A stretch of 64,000 nt of DNA. Origin: Lytechinus pictus (Eukaryota). Within the stretch, counting starts at the first letter, position 1, and each line of letters starts with the position of its first letter. The DNA is taken from the NCBI RefSeq assembly GCF_037042905.1, contig NC_087250.1:12216001-12280000 (forward strand), written 5' to 3'. Shown piece after piece: positions 25,819 through 36,648 of the stretch. The translations under genes and the position numbers were made by a program. Below the pieces are notes generated by a model, which was not told the DNA's origin, did not search any database, and worked only from the letters and a program-made list of their open reading frames with translations.

Positions 25819-26144
25819 AAATGCATTAACCAAAATATGCCATACTGTAACCGAATATAATTTATCAAAGAAAACGCGCAACTTGTGCATATGAACATGA
25901 TGAACGTAAACCCAATCTAGATCTGAATGTATGTGAGTATATTCTTGTCTCGATCCACACAAATTAAAATGTAAACACTATATAACCAATAAACCATCAC
26001 ACACTGACACATCTACGCACACCCATTTCTACCCCACCTTTCCCATTTAACACACATGCACAGACGCACACATATGCCAACTCCCCTCTCCACACACCCC
26101 TTCACTGCAGTGGTCGACCCATATTATGGATCGCTAAATATATA

Positions 26145-26704
26145 CCGTGTGAGTAAAACTTGACATCTCACTAATACCCGATTTAAGGAAATAATATGCC
26201 ATGAACACATAATTATCATAATGGCATGAAAGAGTATCTTCTCCCAAATGATTTGATACCATATTTATGTGGTATGTGTTAAAACTGGGATGATCAGGAG
26301 GTATTCTTTGCAGTGATGTAAATTTTGATTTGCGCAAAAATAAGTCATGCCTGCATAAAAATCAATTTCAAAACACCTTTACAATAACTTACATTGAAAT
26401 TGTTTATTCAAAACTTTTAGTATTAATTCCCAAGTCAATTTTATTAAAAAGGGAACTCATGTAGGATTATGACATCATTGGCATCTGGCTTTATTCATTG
26501 CAGTCATGCCTTACTTTGGTGCAGATCAAAATTTATATCTCTGCACATAATACCTAGTGATTATTCAAGCGTGAAGACATGATACATAAATATGGTATCA
26601 AAATACTTGGGAGAAGATCCACTTTCAGGTCATATATTGTGATGATGTGTTCTGCTTAAATTTGGGATTTGCGAGGTGTCAAGTTTTTGTTTTGAATCAC
26701 ACGG
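26145..26704. mobile_element. Tc1/mariner-type MITE
   Basis: TA|CCGTGTGA..AAAACTTGACA and TGTCAAGTTTT..TCACACGG|TA, with further internal inverted blocks. Confidence 0.75.
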
Positions 26705-27098
26705 TATAAATGTAGGTCTATATCACTACCACCATGTTATGTTTGACATGTTTGACATTACCTGAAGTTTGTCCAGAAGAGTTTTGTCGACACTCATTAC
26801 CTTAAAAACAACCACATATTCACAAATCATCAATATCATGAATATAATGGTAAGTTCATCTGTTTTGGAAATAAGATCACTTTTGGGTTCTCTTCCGACT
26901 TTGGATGCTTATGAAATTTAGAGTACTTCAGAAAATACACATCAGCATCTCGGCAAAACAGTTATGTAATTTGATCTTTGAAGGTTTCCATGGTGGAGAG
27001 AATATTGAAAGGTTTACGGTAAACACCATGTATGTAGTCCTGAAAAGGACTGTTTGTTATTCTTTCTTGAATATATGTTAGCTCTGAAAAGAACTGTT

Positions 27099-27138
27099 AT
27101 CGACGTTTCGACCAGCGTGTTCTGGTCGTCATCAGGAA
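27099..27138 (-). ncRNA. Hammerhead-ribozyme motif, sense copy in 3' pseudo-LTR
   Basis: Exact reverse complement of 28535-28574. Confidence 0.6.
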
Positions 27139-27362
27139 TGAAGATCCACTTGAAAGACTAAGCTTATAACCAAGTTGGTTATGAGGATGTAATTAAGGTT
27201 GAGCCAATAGGAAAGCAGGAACGGAGAGGTAATTAAAGATGAACCAATAGGAAAGCAGGAGGATAGTGATTGGTCAGTAGTTGATTGGAAACTAATTGGT
27301 GTTAATCCCGGATTAATCCTCTGTGGTTACGTAAGACTTCTATTGTGTTGGAGATTAGGCAT

Positions 27363-28508
27363 CTATTGATTGGTAGTCTTGTTTAGCAGTGGGTTCCAAA
27401 TATTGTTGATGAGTAGGCCGCTGTCTTGTGGTACTGTGTCGTGTTGGGTGATCTCTATGGCCTCTCGTACCCGTCTGGTATGCCAGTGCTTGATTGATGT
27501 TAGTAACTTGGCGTCCTCCCATAGAATCTTGTGTTGGAGTTGGTTAGCATGTTTGGCTATCGCAGACTTCTCCCATTCCCCCTTGTTGTAGCTGTTCTGA
27601 TGTTCCTTGAGTCTGGTAGTCAGGTTGCGTCCAGTTTCACCGATGTATACCTTTCCACAAGAGCATGGTATCCTGTATACTCCAGGGCGTGACGCTGAGG
27701 GTTTGACGTCCTTATGAGTATAAAGGGCAGCATGTAACTTGTTGGAAGATCGGTGTCTCACTTCAATTTTGGCTGCTCGGAATATGCGTTGAAGTTTGTG
27801 GGAAGTAGGACCTAGGTAAGGCAAGACAACCGTAGCTTTGGTGGGCTCCTTCGGACGAGAAGAGGTTGGTCTGGTCTTGATCTTGTGTGGAGGATAACCG
27901 TTTATGGTCACGAGTGTCGACTTGATGTGATCTAGTTCTCGTTGCAGGTGGTTGTCATCGCTGATAGAGTGCGCCCTCTTGACCAATGTTCTTGGAACAG
28001 ACTGTAGGATAGACGGGTGGTGGAACGATTTAAAGTGAAGATACCTATCAGTATGGGTTGGTTTGCGGTATACTTGGTGGGATATGTGGTTGTTGGGTTC
28101 GCGTGTAACGAGAACATCCAAGAAAGGTATGGAGTTATTCTTCTCCTTCTCCATCGTGAAGGTGATTCTGGGGTGATGAGAGTTGAGATGAAGGAGAAAA
28201 TCTTCTAAGCTGCGTCTACCATGTTGCCAAATGACGAATGTATCATCTACATATCTGAGCCAGATCTTGGGTAGGAGAGGCGATGATCGAATGGCTGTCG
28301 ACTCGAATTCTTCCATGTATAGATTGGCAACTATAGGTGAAAGGGGTGATCCCATAGCTGCCCCCTCCTGTTGCTTGTAGTAGTTACCTCGCCATTGGAA
28401 GGAAGTAGACTCAAGACAGGTAAGCAGTAGGTCGTGGATTTGGTCGGGTGACATGGAGGTGCGGTCTGCTAAGGAGGAGTCCTGTTGGAGTTTCTTCTTT
28501 AAGACTAA
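27363..28508 (-). CDS. Penelope-type reverse transcriptase (C-terminal half) fused to GIY-YIG endonuclease; 5'-truncated
   Basis: Motifs QQEGAAMGSPLSPIVANLYME, LRYVDDTF, IPFLDV, YRKPTHTDRYLHF and GVYRIPCSCGKVYIGETGR..RLKEH. The frame stays open upstream of Met28454 (LVLKKKLQQDSSLADRTS) up to the inversion junction. The upstream RT motifs, including the first catalytic Asp, are missing. Confidence 0.92.
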   Translation of the reverse strand, partial: LVLKKKLQQDSSLADRTSMSPDQIHDLLLTCLESTSFQWRGNYYKQQEGAAMGSPLSPIVANLYMEEFESTAIRSSPLLPKIWLRYVDDTFVIWQHGRRSLEDFLLHLNSHHPRITFTMEKEKNNSIPFLDVLVTREPNNHISHQVYRKPTHTDRYLHFKSFHHPSILQSVPRTLVKRAHSISDDNHLQRELDHIKSTLVTINGYPPHKIKTRPTSSRPKEPTKATVVLPYLGPTSHKLQRIFRAAKIEVRHRSSNKLHAALYTHKDVKPSASRPGVYRIPCSCGKVYIGETGRNLTTRLKEHQNSYNKGEWEKSAIAKHANQLQHKILWEDAKLLTSIKHWHTRRVREAIEITQHDTVPQDSGLLINNIWNPLLNKTTNQ

Positions 28509-28534
28509 GGCTTAGTCTTTCAAGTGGATCTTCA

Positions 28535-28574
28535 TTCCTGATGACGACCAGAACACGCTGGTCGAAACGTCGAT
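28535..28574 (+). ncRNA. Minimal type I hammerhead-ribozyme motif in inverted pseudo-LTR
   Basis: CUGAUGA (28538-44), stem II GACCAG/CUGGUC with a 6-nt loop, GAAA (28564-67), self-complementary ACGU helix III, and a GUC triplet (28569-71). Helix I is only ~2 bp. Confidence 0.6.
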
Positions 28575-29287
28575 AACAGTTCTTTTCAGAGCTAACATAT
28601 ATTCAAGAAAGAATAACAAACAGTCCTTTTCAGGACTACATACATGGTGTTTACCGTAAACCTTTCAATAAGTTATGTAATTGCATCTGCAATATTTATT
28701 GTCAAGCAACAAAAAGGATGTTGAAATGATAACACGCTCCGCTATTAAAATCATGACAAAGCTACCTTGCATAATCTTCAGATTTTTGTTTACAGTTAAC
28801 TCTGAAAACGGGCAACATCCCCCTCCCAGAAATTCAACTAGCATCAACCATGACAACAGGAACTACAACGAAAAGGGTTATCAACTAAAAACAAATGTTG
28901 CAATTTTCCTCTAATAAAATTCATCTGTTGGTTGGAGGTTCGCCATAAAAGGAAGATGTCTAATCTTTATTTTACACATAAGCCCCTACATTTCACGTTC
29001 AATAGAAATTCCTACACATTAGAAAGCAGTGTTTAATAAAAATGACCCATTGTATACACGCGTTATCATCAGGTACAACATGGTTGTAATTCCATATGGT
29101 AACCAAAATGTGCCGTTTAGTCTCATTCTGAAAAGCGAAGCGAATACGTTTCAACTTCAGACAGACACTCTAATGTAGCTCATAAACGAAACTTCTTACA
29201 GGGAAGATAAAATAACGTTAAATGCTTTGATCGAAAACAATCGCATCATGTTTATGTCATGTGTGTCTACTTTGGAACAGGCTACGC

Positions 29288-30329
29288 CAGGGGCGTAGAC
29301 AACGGGGGGGGATGAGGGGGATGGCATGTACAATCATCCCCCCCAGGTTTTGGGGAATGATATTTGGTTACTTAATAAGTCATAATGATGATAATAATAG
29401 TAATAATAATAATGATAACAATTATAATATTAATAATAATAATAATTATGATGATGATAATAATAATCCTCATCATTATTGTAATTGTGTTTATTGTTAT
29501 TAGCCGCATTCACACGGTGAAAGCCAATTTAGACGGTAAAAAAAAGAAAATCTTACAAGTATTTTGTGGTTATCTTGTGGTTTGGAAACCACAAGATATA
29601 ACCACAAGATTAATCGCGCATATTTTGCAGTGCGCGCAATCTCGTGGTGTGGAAACCAAAAGATAACCACGAGTTATTACTCCATGGATCATAGTGATAC
29701 TGTTTATGTTTTTTGTATCTGTATGTTAATGAGCCGCCAGCCAATATCCATCTATGGATACTATGCCTGTTTCTTTGAGGTAAAAAAAAGCATAGTATGT
29801 ACGTATTCATTATGCTTTATAATGAACAGACATATTGTTATTTGTTTGTTGTTTATGTGTTCTATTCACAAATGGCCACAGAGGCTGTTTTCATTCATAA
29901 CCACATACCCATATCAAGACAACAAAGACTATACCTGCGTGTACACAGTTGACATTGGTTTTTTTTTTCTGAAGAGGTGTAACAGCAAAATTCACAGAGA
30001 TAAATAAATACGTAGTGTGGTTCAATATGCAATACTATGTGTCAGTCCATTCTGTATTCGTATGCCACGGTGTGTAGATCTTGTCGATGTATGTCTGTCC
30101 ATTCAAGGCGTAGTATGTGTGTGGTGCGCGCACCCGTGTGTGTGTGTGTGAGGGTGAGTATGTGTGTGTGTGCGTGCGCGCTTGTGTGTGTTATTTTACC
30201 TCATTAAGTATGCATCAGATTGCACGATTTCAAGTTCAAAATTGCAAAAGCTCTCGGGCGCTTCGCGCCCTCACTAGCGTTGGCAGCCCAGTCATCCCCC
30301 CCAGGTGTACGAACCTGTCTACGCCACTG
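29288..30329. mobile_element. hAT-type non-autonomous element containing (TAA)n and (TG)n
   Basis: TIR CAGGGGCGTAGACA/TGTCTACGCCACTG; TSD GGCTACGC. Confidence 0.85.
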
Positions 30330-30339
30330 GGCTACGCCC

Positions 30340-30826
30340 GCAGATGTACATAATACAACACCCCATTAAGAAACACGTATACTCCATCACGTGGGTGCTT
30401 CGGAGTAACGGTTATGCATGGTGCGTGTGCGACCAAATTAACACACGCAATACCCAACACTCGAATACATTCATATCTCATTCAGATTTTGCGCTTGAAG
30501 TAACTCGCACATGCATGGCGCCTATTACGAAAACATTCTACAATATCTAACCAGTCCAGTCGCGTGTAAATCATCAACCAGTCTCGTAAAATGATTACAT
30601 CTACTTGAGGAGAAATCGCAATTACGTATACCTACTTGAGCTGAAAATCTTGTCCCTTATTTTTTTCCTGACGCGTTACAAAACGATTACCGAACACTTG
30701 CGATATTACTTTGAATTGGGTTTGGGTATTTACTGAGGTAGCGGAGTACCCGAGCGGGCCCCACGGAGCGAAGGGGGCAGTGAGCGAGGAAAGAAAACCG
30801 ACGTGCAAGGTTGAGATTGAGTCAGA
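30340..30826 (+). promoter_or_regulatory. CpG-enriched putative promoter/5'UTR
   Basis: Unique sequence with many CpGs relative to the flanks and a CACGTG site, directly upstream of the candidate first exon. Confidence 0.4.
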
Positions 30827-30942
30827 ATGGATTGCACTGTGTTTGAGCATTCGCCGAGTATGGACGATATTCCGGATGCGGAACTCCAGGTGGAATGGGA
30901 CCAGTTACTCCAGGAAATAGGCGGGACGGCACTCCTTGCCGG
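30827..30942 (+). CDS. Probable first coding exon of an unidentified gene (MDCTVFEHSPSMDDIPDAELQVEWDQLLQEIGGTALLAG)
   Basis: GC-rich unique sequence; agaATGg start; open frame ending in the strong donor CGG|GTGAGT (phase 2); CpG-rich region upstream. No downstream exon could be joined with confidence. Confidence 0.55.
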
Positions 30943-31324
30943 GTGAGTAAAAATGAATATTCAAATCGCTGTTACCATGCGTTAAATTGTGAAATTTTTC
31001 AGTGAAAGGGCGTTATTCTAGATGGCGCATTTCTATATGAAAGCAAACATTGAACACACGAGGGGCATTGACTGAGGACAGTCACTAGGGTATAGAGTCT
31101 ATAGACCATAGCTTTCGAGGGTCTTTGCTTGATGTATAAAGCCGTGTCTTTCATTTTAGAAATCTTGATTCATTTCATCGATGTGTTATAAGTTCAATCA
31201 GGCATGCTAGGCCTCCATTTTAACTTATAATTTTTCCATCTATTTTGTGATATTTTCTTACTGTTAAAACTGTTAATATTTGCCCTTCTCATGGTTCTGT
31301 TATATAGCGTAACCGACAGTTCTG

Positions 31325-31585
31325 GGCTCTGTTTTACAAAGAGTTACGATTGATCCAATTAATCGTAACTCTATGGAAATCCATCAGTGTCATAATGTTT
31401 TCTACAGAAAATGTGCACAATGTCTTTAGTAAACAAAGAGAAGCAAAGTGAATTTTGAAGAAAACATTGAATGCATGAATATACATCATGGTTAGAAAAT
31501 TTTGAAGAAACATGCATAATAGATGTTGACGTTGCTGGCCGTCCATAGTTACGATTGATCTGATGAATCTTTGTAAGACGGGGCC
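31325..31585. mobile_element. Harbinger-like MITE; partial inverted copy at ~53715-53800
   Basis: TIR GGCTCTGTTTTACAAAGA/TCTTTGTAAGACGGGGCC; CTG on both flanks. Confidence 0.7.
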
Positions 31586-31787
31586 CTGGGATTCATTTAG
31601 AAGTTTATGAAGTTTGTGAAATCTTAAAAGTGGAGCCAAGGTAGTACAGCTGATCAACAGATGGTACAAGAAGACTGAAGATGATGATCCACAGCATTAA
31701 ATTTTATATTGCGCCATATATCTTTAAAAAACATTCATATGCGCAGGCTCATCTAATAGGTTAATTACTACACATCTGCCGAGATAA

Positions 31788-31900
31788 TTAAGTTTTGAGA
31801 GACGGTTTAAAGAGTTCTATGCCCTCAAATTCACGAAGTGAAGAAGGGAGGGAGTTCCAAAGGCGTGGAGCAATAGAAGAAAAGGCACGGTCTCTTAAAA
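31788..31900 (-). mobile_element. L2/Crack-type LINE ORF2 C-terminal fragment
   Basis: DRAFSSIAPRLWNSLPSSLR..FK..LKT is the typical end of CR1/L2-group ORF2. Confidence 0.7.
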
Positions 31901-33156
31901 TCCCCCTAGCATGCTTAGGTGTGTGTGATGGGTACATGAAGAGTGACACCAACACCAGATGAGCGCAAGCCAGGACGTACACGGCGTTGTTCTATAAGGG
32001 GGTCACGTATCCTGGAGCTTAACCATGCACAGATTTGAAGCTTTTGGTCTTGAGATTGCCACTCTGTCATAATTGCAATCGATGGACATTGTCGTGTAAA
32101 AATGAAAATGGTTTAGTATAGAGTGGGCGACTAGTAAATTAACTCCCGGTAGGGTATTAATTGCAAACAAGTACATAGCATGAGACGTCAAAAGACATGA
32201 GTGACCTGTCACCTCCAAAACCCCAAACAAGTCGCCCAGAATGGTTCTCTGGAAATTAAGAAAATAGCCATTTGGTCTTCAAAAAGCTAAACTTATAAAA
32301 TAAATTATCTGAAATGGTAATTCCTTTTCTTTATTAGTGTAATTATTTAAAGTTGTAAAATTGAATTTGACACAAGATACAACATGTAAATTTTTGCCGA
32401 CTATCTGAAAGTTTCACCGAGATTGCGAAGTAAGCAACTGAGTGAGCCCCGAACTTCATGAACTTCATATGTTTTTTTCTCCTTGTTGTTTTCAAAGATC
32501 ACGCTTAGTTTCTTCTGCATGCAATAAAACAACTTGTATTTGTGGTTATTGATGACCGATTGTGAAAAGTTAATTACCATTTAAAGCTCTAAGGATGTGC
32601 TTTTTCAAGTCAATGATAATCTCGAAATTCATTATGGGGAAGTAGTTGTGGTTTTTTGGGTGGCTGTCATTTTTTTCTTATGTATTTTACTTTTTTTGTT
32701 TGCTTCTGTTGTATATAATTGTGCCTTTACACCTCACTACCCCATGTTATTTTTTTTTCTTCAAAAATTGGAATATAATGTTGTACTTATCAATTTGTGA
32801 TACTTTGACTAGCGGACGTTATGATTATACGTATATGAAAATTTGCTTTACATGAACATTAATAATTCTCTTGAAACCTGTTGATAACTGTGAGATGACT
32901 TTATTTTAGACGAACGAATCGCCGTATGTGGGGTTGTTGCTATGCGGGCAACGCGTGACTCGGAAAGACGAATTCTCCAAAAGCCTTGAATATTTAATCA
33001 GTCATACCGAACCGAATGTGTCGAACTTTCGTGTAAGACCGGAAATGAAAGCAATTCATGACGCTGGAGGCCCAAACCATGCACATCATATAAAAGAATA
33101 TAGATTCTGTACACCCAAAATGTCGAATGGAGCATCACTCGACGCCGCTTTGACAG

Positions 33157-34874
33157 CACTGGCGTAAATTCCGGGGGATGGGGGGGGGGGATATACCCCC
33201 CCCCCACTTTTCGAGGAGGGGGGATGGCCTGTACAAACATCCCCCCACTTTTTACGAAAGAAATGGAAAAAAAATCACAAGAGATAATTGTTTTATTGGT
33301 GAAAATTCTTCCTGAAATACCGCTTAACAAATAAAACAATATTATTGAATCATAAAATGCAAATAAAGAGCCACTTCACCATTTCCAAACGAAATACGTA
33401 TGTCCTTATTATAACATTGTAGAGAAACTCCCGTTTCTTCCGATTCATCAATGTTGGGGTCTTTGGGAAGGGATTAAGATGGAATGTCAATTCTTTTTTA
33501 ATGTAACCTCTAATAAAACCATTGAACCATCATGGGGTAAAAAAAAAAAGATGATATTGGAGGGGTATTTGCCATATGAAACAAATAGTGGCGTAACTAC
33601 GGGGGGGGGGGGGGCATGGGGGCACGTGCCCCCCCCCCCCCCCCCAATCGGCTGACCAAAAAAAAAACGGGGAAAAGGAGAAAAGAGGGAGACAGGAAGA
33701 GAAGCGTATAGTGGGAAAGAAGAAAATATTATTCATTATAATGTTATATTATAATTATGTTATGTTACATTACATAAGAAACATTTTTATCATAACTTCA
33801 TGAAACATAATTTGACCACGGGCCTACGTCTTCATTGTTCCTGGTGCTTGCATTGTCTGTTAACGAGATATATAATCCTGTTGTACTGAAACATCCCGTT
33901 TTCAAGTCAATATAAACCAAATATATTTCCTAGCATTTTAGTTATCATTGTTTTATGTAGTAACATATGCTTCTTTTTCATTACTCAAAAAGTGATTGCC
34001 CCATGTTAAGGTCTTTGTATATATGAAACATTTCCTGTCCGTGATTACGTTCGCATTAGTGGATTGGTGAGATATGTCTGCTCTTCATGAATTCCTAAAA
34101 TCAGTCCTTAAAATGTCCCTTCTTCTGATCTGAATATAAAAAATTGTCAGCTCGAGCTTCGTGCTCGCATCATTTGGATATTGAATTACGTATGGTCCTA
34201 GTTAATTCCTACAAAAAAACCTTAGAATGCCCCACTTCAGGTCTGAATTATCTAAATTTTCAGCTCGCGCTTCCTGATCGCAATATTTGATTAGTGAGAT
34301 GCGTATGATAATCATGATTGCAATGAATACAAAAAGTGTTTCATGTGTTCAGATGTAATTCTTATAAACCAGCAAGCGCTTGGCACTCGCACTAGATGAC
34401 TATGGTGAGATATGCATACTCTTAATGGATTCCTAAAATATATTCCTCAAAATCTCGCTGTTTGGGGTCAAAATATACGAAAACTTCAGCTCGCGCTTCG
34501 CGCTCGTATTGTTTAGCGAGAAAGGTACCTATCATGATTTCACAAATTTGATTATAATGTCTCTTTTTAGGTGTGAATATAAAAAAATTCAGCTCGCGCT
34601 TCGCGCTCGCATTATTTGATCAGTGAGATGCATATCCGTTTAATGACATTGTCCAGAAAATGTCTCTATTAGGTCAGTATAACTGGCAACTGAGCGCGCT
34701 CACTCAGTGATTCAAACATTTTGCTGGTGCCCCCCTCCCCAATGCCGTGACCCACGGTACGCCACTGTGGACATATCAATGACAATCCCTTGCATATCTA
34801 AAAACATGATTGCAAAAAAAAAGCCAAAATATTTCAGTCATCCCCCCACCCACCAACACGGATTTACGCCAGTG
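33157..34874. mobile_element. hAT-type element with nested element
   Basis: TIR CACTGGCGTAAAT/ATTTACGCCAGTG; TSD TTTGACAG. Confidence 0.88.
33586..34767. mobile_element. Nested hAT-like element with CAGCTCGCGCTTCGCGCTCGC internal repeats
   Basis: TIR TAGTGGCGTA/TACGCCACTG; TSD not recognisable. The internal motif is the reverse complement of the one in 5556-7808. Confidence 0.7.
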
Positions 34875-36462
34875 TTTGACAGAGAGGAGGCCTGGGTTCA
34901 ACCGCCCCTTTCTTTCAACTCGGGAGAAAAGGGGAAACAATGTAAATGGGGGGGGGGGGGGAGGAAGAGAAAATAAAGAAAAGCATGAAAACAAGGGATA
35001 GGCCGATTATATTACCCTTTACAGTAACTCATAATTTTTTTCGTCCGCACAAAGCCCGCACTAAAATAATTCGCATTTAACTGTTTTGTGAAAAATAAGC
35101 GAAACTTAAAAATGTCATAACTTTCTTATTTTACATCCGATTTCGATGAAATTTGCAGTGTTATGTTTGTTTGGTTTTTTTCTTTCGATTCAAATCAACA
35201 ATTTTCTGGGGTGGACTTGATCTTTAAAATGGCAAAGGCAAAGCGCAGGCTATTTTAGCCCTCGCCATATATAAATTCACAATTTTACGTCTTAGCCCAG
35301 ACCTGGTCTGGACCAGCGAGGTACTGAAAGCCGCAAAAGCCACGTAAACCTAATCCGTAATAACAAAAAAAAGTCAGCTGTCTTGACCGTTATCAAAATA
35401 TCGGGTACACTGCATTAAAAAGTTGTTTTATTGTTTTATCATTTTTTTTCGAGCGAATTATGATCAGAGATAATATCGAAATAATATACCACGAATTATC
35501 TGAAAAGATGTTTTTCCTACTGTAAAAACATAATAGCCAAGAATTTGAATTTTAATTTCATTTCTCGGAAATTAAGGTGATATAAGTACCATACAACGTA
35601 GTGCGTGCGCGTCTGCGTTTTTGTTTTAGTGAAAAGAGGGGTGGGGCGATAAGTTTTCTCCCTTGGAAACAAAGTTGATCCGTCTTTTGGGGTATGTTTT
35701 TTAAGGTAATCTTTACAGTATTGGGGCTGATAAAAGCTCTGCGAAATAAGTGCAAATATAGTTACATCAAGTATAACCCTACTTTTGCAAAACGTGTACG
35801 GTATAATGGAATTTTATGATATACTACATTAATTTGGTAAATTCTGATATAGCCGAACACAAGGGGAAGGGTTGGGCATGTTGGGGGAGGGGTCGGGCTT
35901 TCGGTAAGAGGAGAATAGATACATATCACATCGAACATTAATACGCCAGAAGGTCACATGTAGGAGTTATTAGGTACATTGCGAATGTGTTATGATTATC
36001 ATACTTTAAGTGTGCGTGCTTGGATCGCCACTCTAACATGGCGGGGAGGGAAAAAAAAATTATATACGACACCCTTCAGCTACGCACCATTATAATTTTA
36101 TGGGATGAAGATGTATTTCCATGTCACCACTGGTGTGACTAAAAGCCGTGAAGCTAGGGTCATTGCCTCGCGAAAGCTTATGATGGATGACTGTAGAAAG
36201 GGCGCGAAACTTTCGAAGCTTGCGAGGAATGAATATTTTGAAGTTGAAAGATAGAGGGGATCGGGAAAGAAGGAGGGGAAGATAGAAGGGGAATATTGAA
36301 GAAAGAGAGAGAGAGATAGTCGTCGAGGCATCGTACTTGCTTTGCGAAAAGTTTCATGGTGGATATGCCCTTTGAAAGGGCCGGGACATTTCTAAAGGCT
36401 GCAAGGATAGGTAAATCATGGAGAGAGTTGTGAAATTGAAGAAGAAGAAGACGAAGAAAGAG

Positions 36463-36648
36463 GAGGCGCGATAGCTCAGTCGGTAGAGCGGATTCCGGTG
36501 ACCCGGGTTCGATTCCCAAGTGGTGCGCTAGTGCCCTTTGGTAAGGCATTTATCCTCATTACCAGGTCCCTCGGAGAGGACCTTAAGCCGTTGGTCCCCT
36601 GGTTGCTTGCTCACAGGCATTCGCGCTTTCATAGCAGTCAGGTAAAAA
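36463..36648 (+). mobile_element. tRNA-derived SINE
   Basis: Pol III A box TAGCTCAGTCGG and B box GGTTCGATTCC; shortened anticodon arm; non-tRNA body shared with 9383-9528. Confidence 0.8.

Larger units (their letters stand above)
26972..28670 (-). mobile_element. Penelope-like retroelement (PLE), 5'-truncated, with inverted pseudo-LTRs
   Basis: RT+GIY-YIG ORF; identical 161-bp inverted repeats at 27003-27163 and 28510-28670; 12-bp direct repeat AGTTATGTAATT at 26960-26971 and 28671-28682 (TSD). Confidence 0.93.

Noticed and set aside
27363..28454. Autonomous, complete 363-aa RT gene starting at Met28454
   Set aside because: The frame extends upstream to the inversion junction and the N-terminal RT motifs are missing, so it is a truncated copy.
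33578..34775. 8-bp TSD for the nested element
   Set aside because: Flanks GAAACAAA and TGGACATA do not match well enough.
36463..36520. tRNA gene
   Set aside because: A and B boxes are present but the anticodon arm is shortened, there is no acceptor stem or oligo-T terminator, and the body continues as a dispersed SINE.
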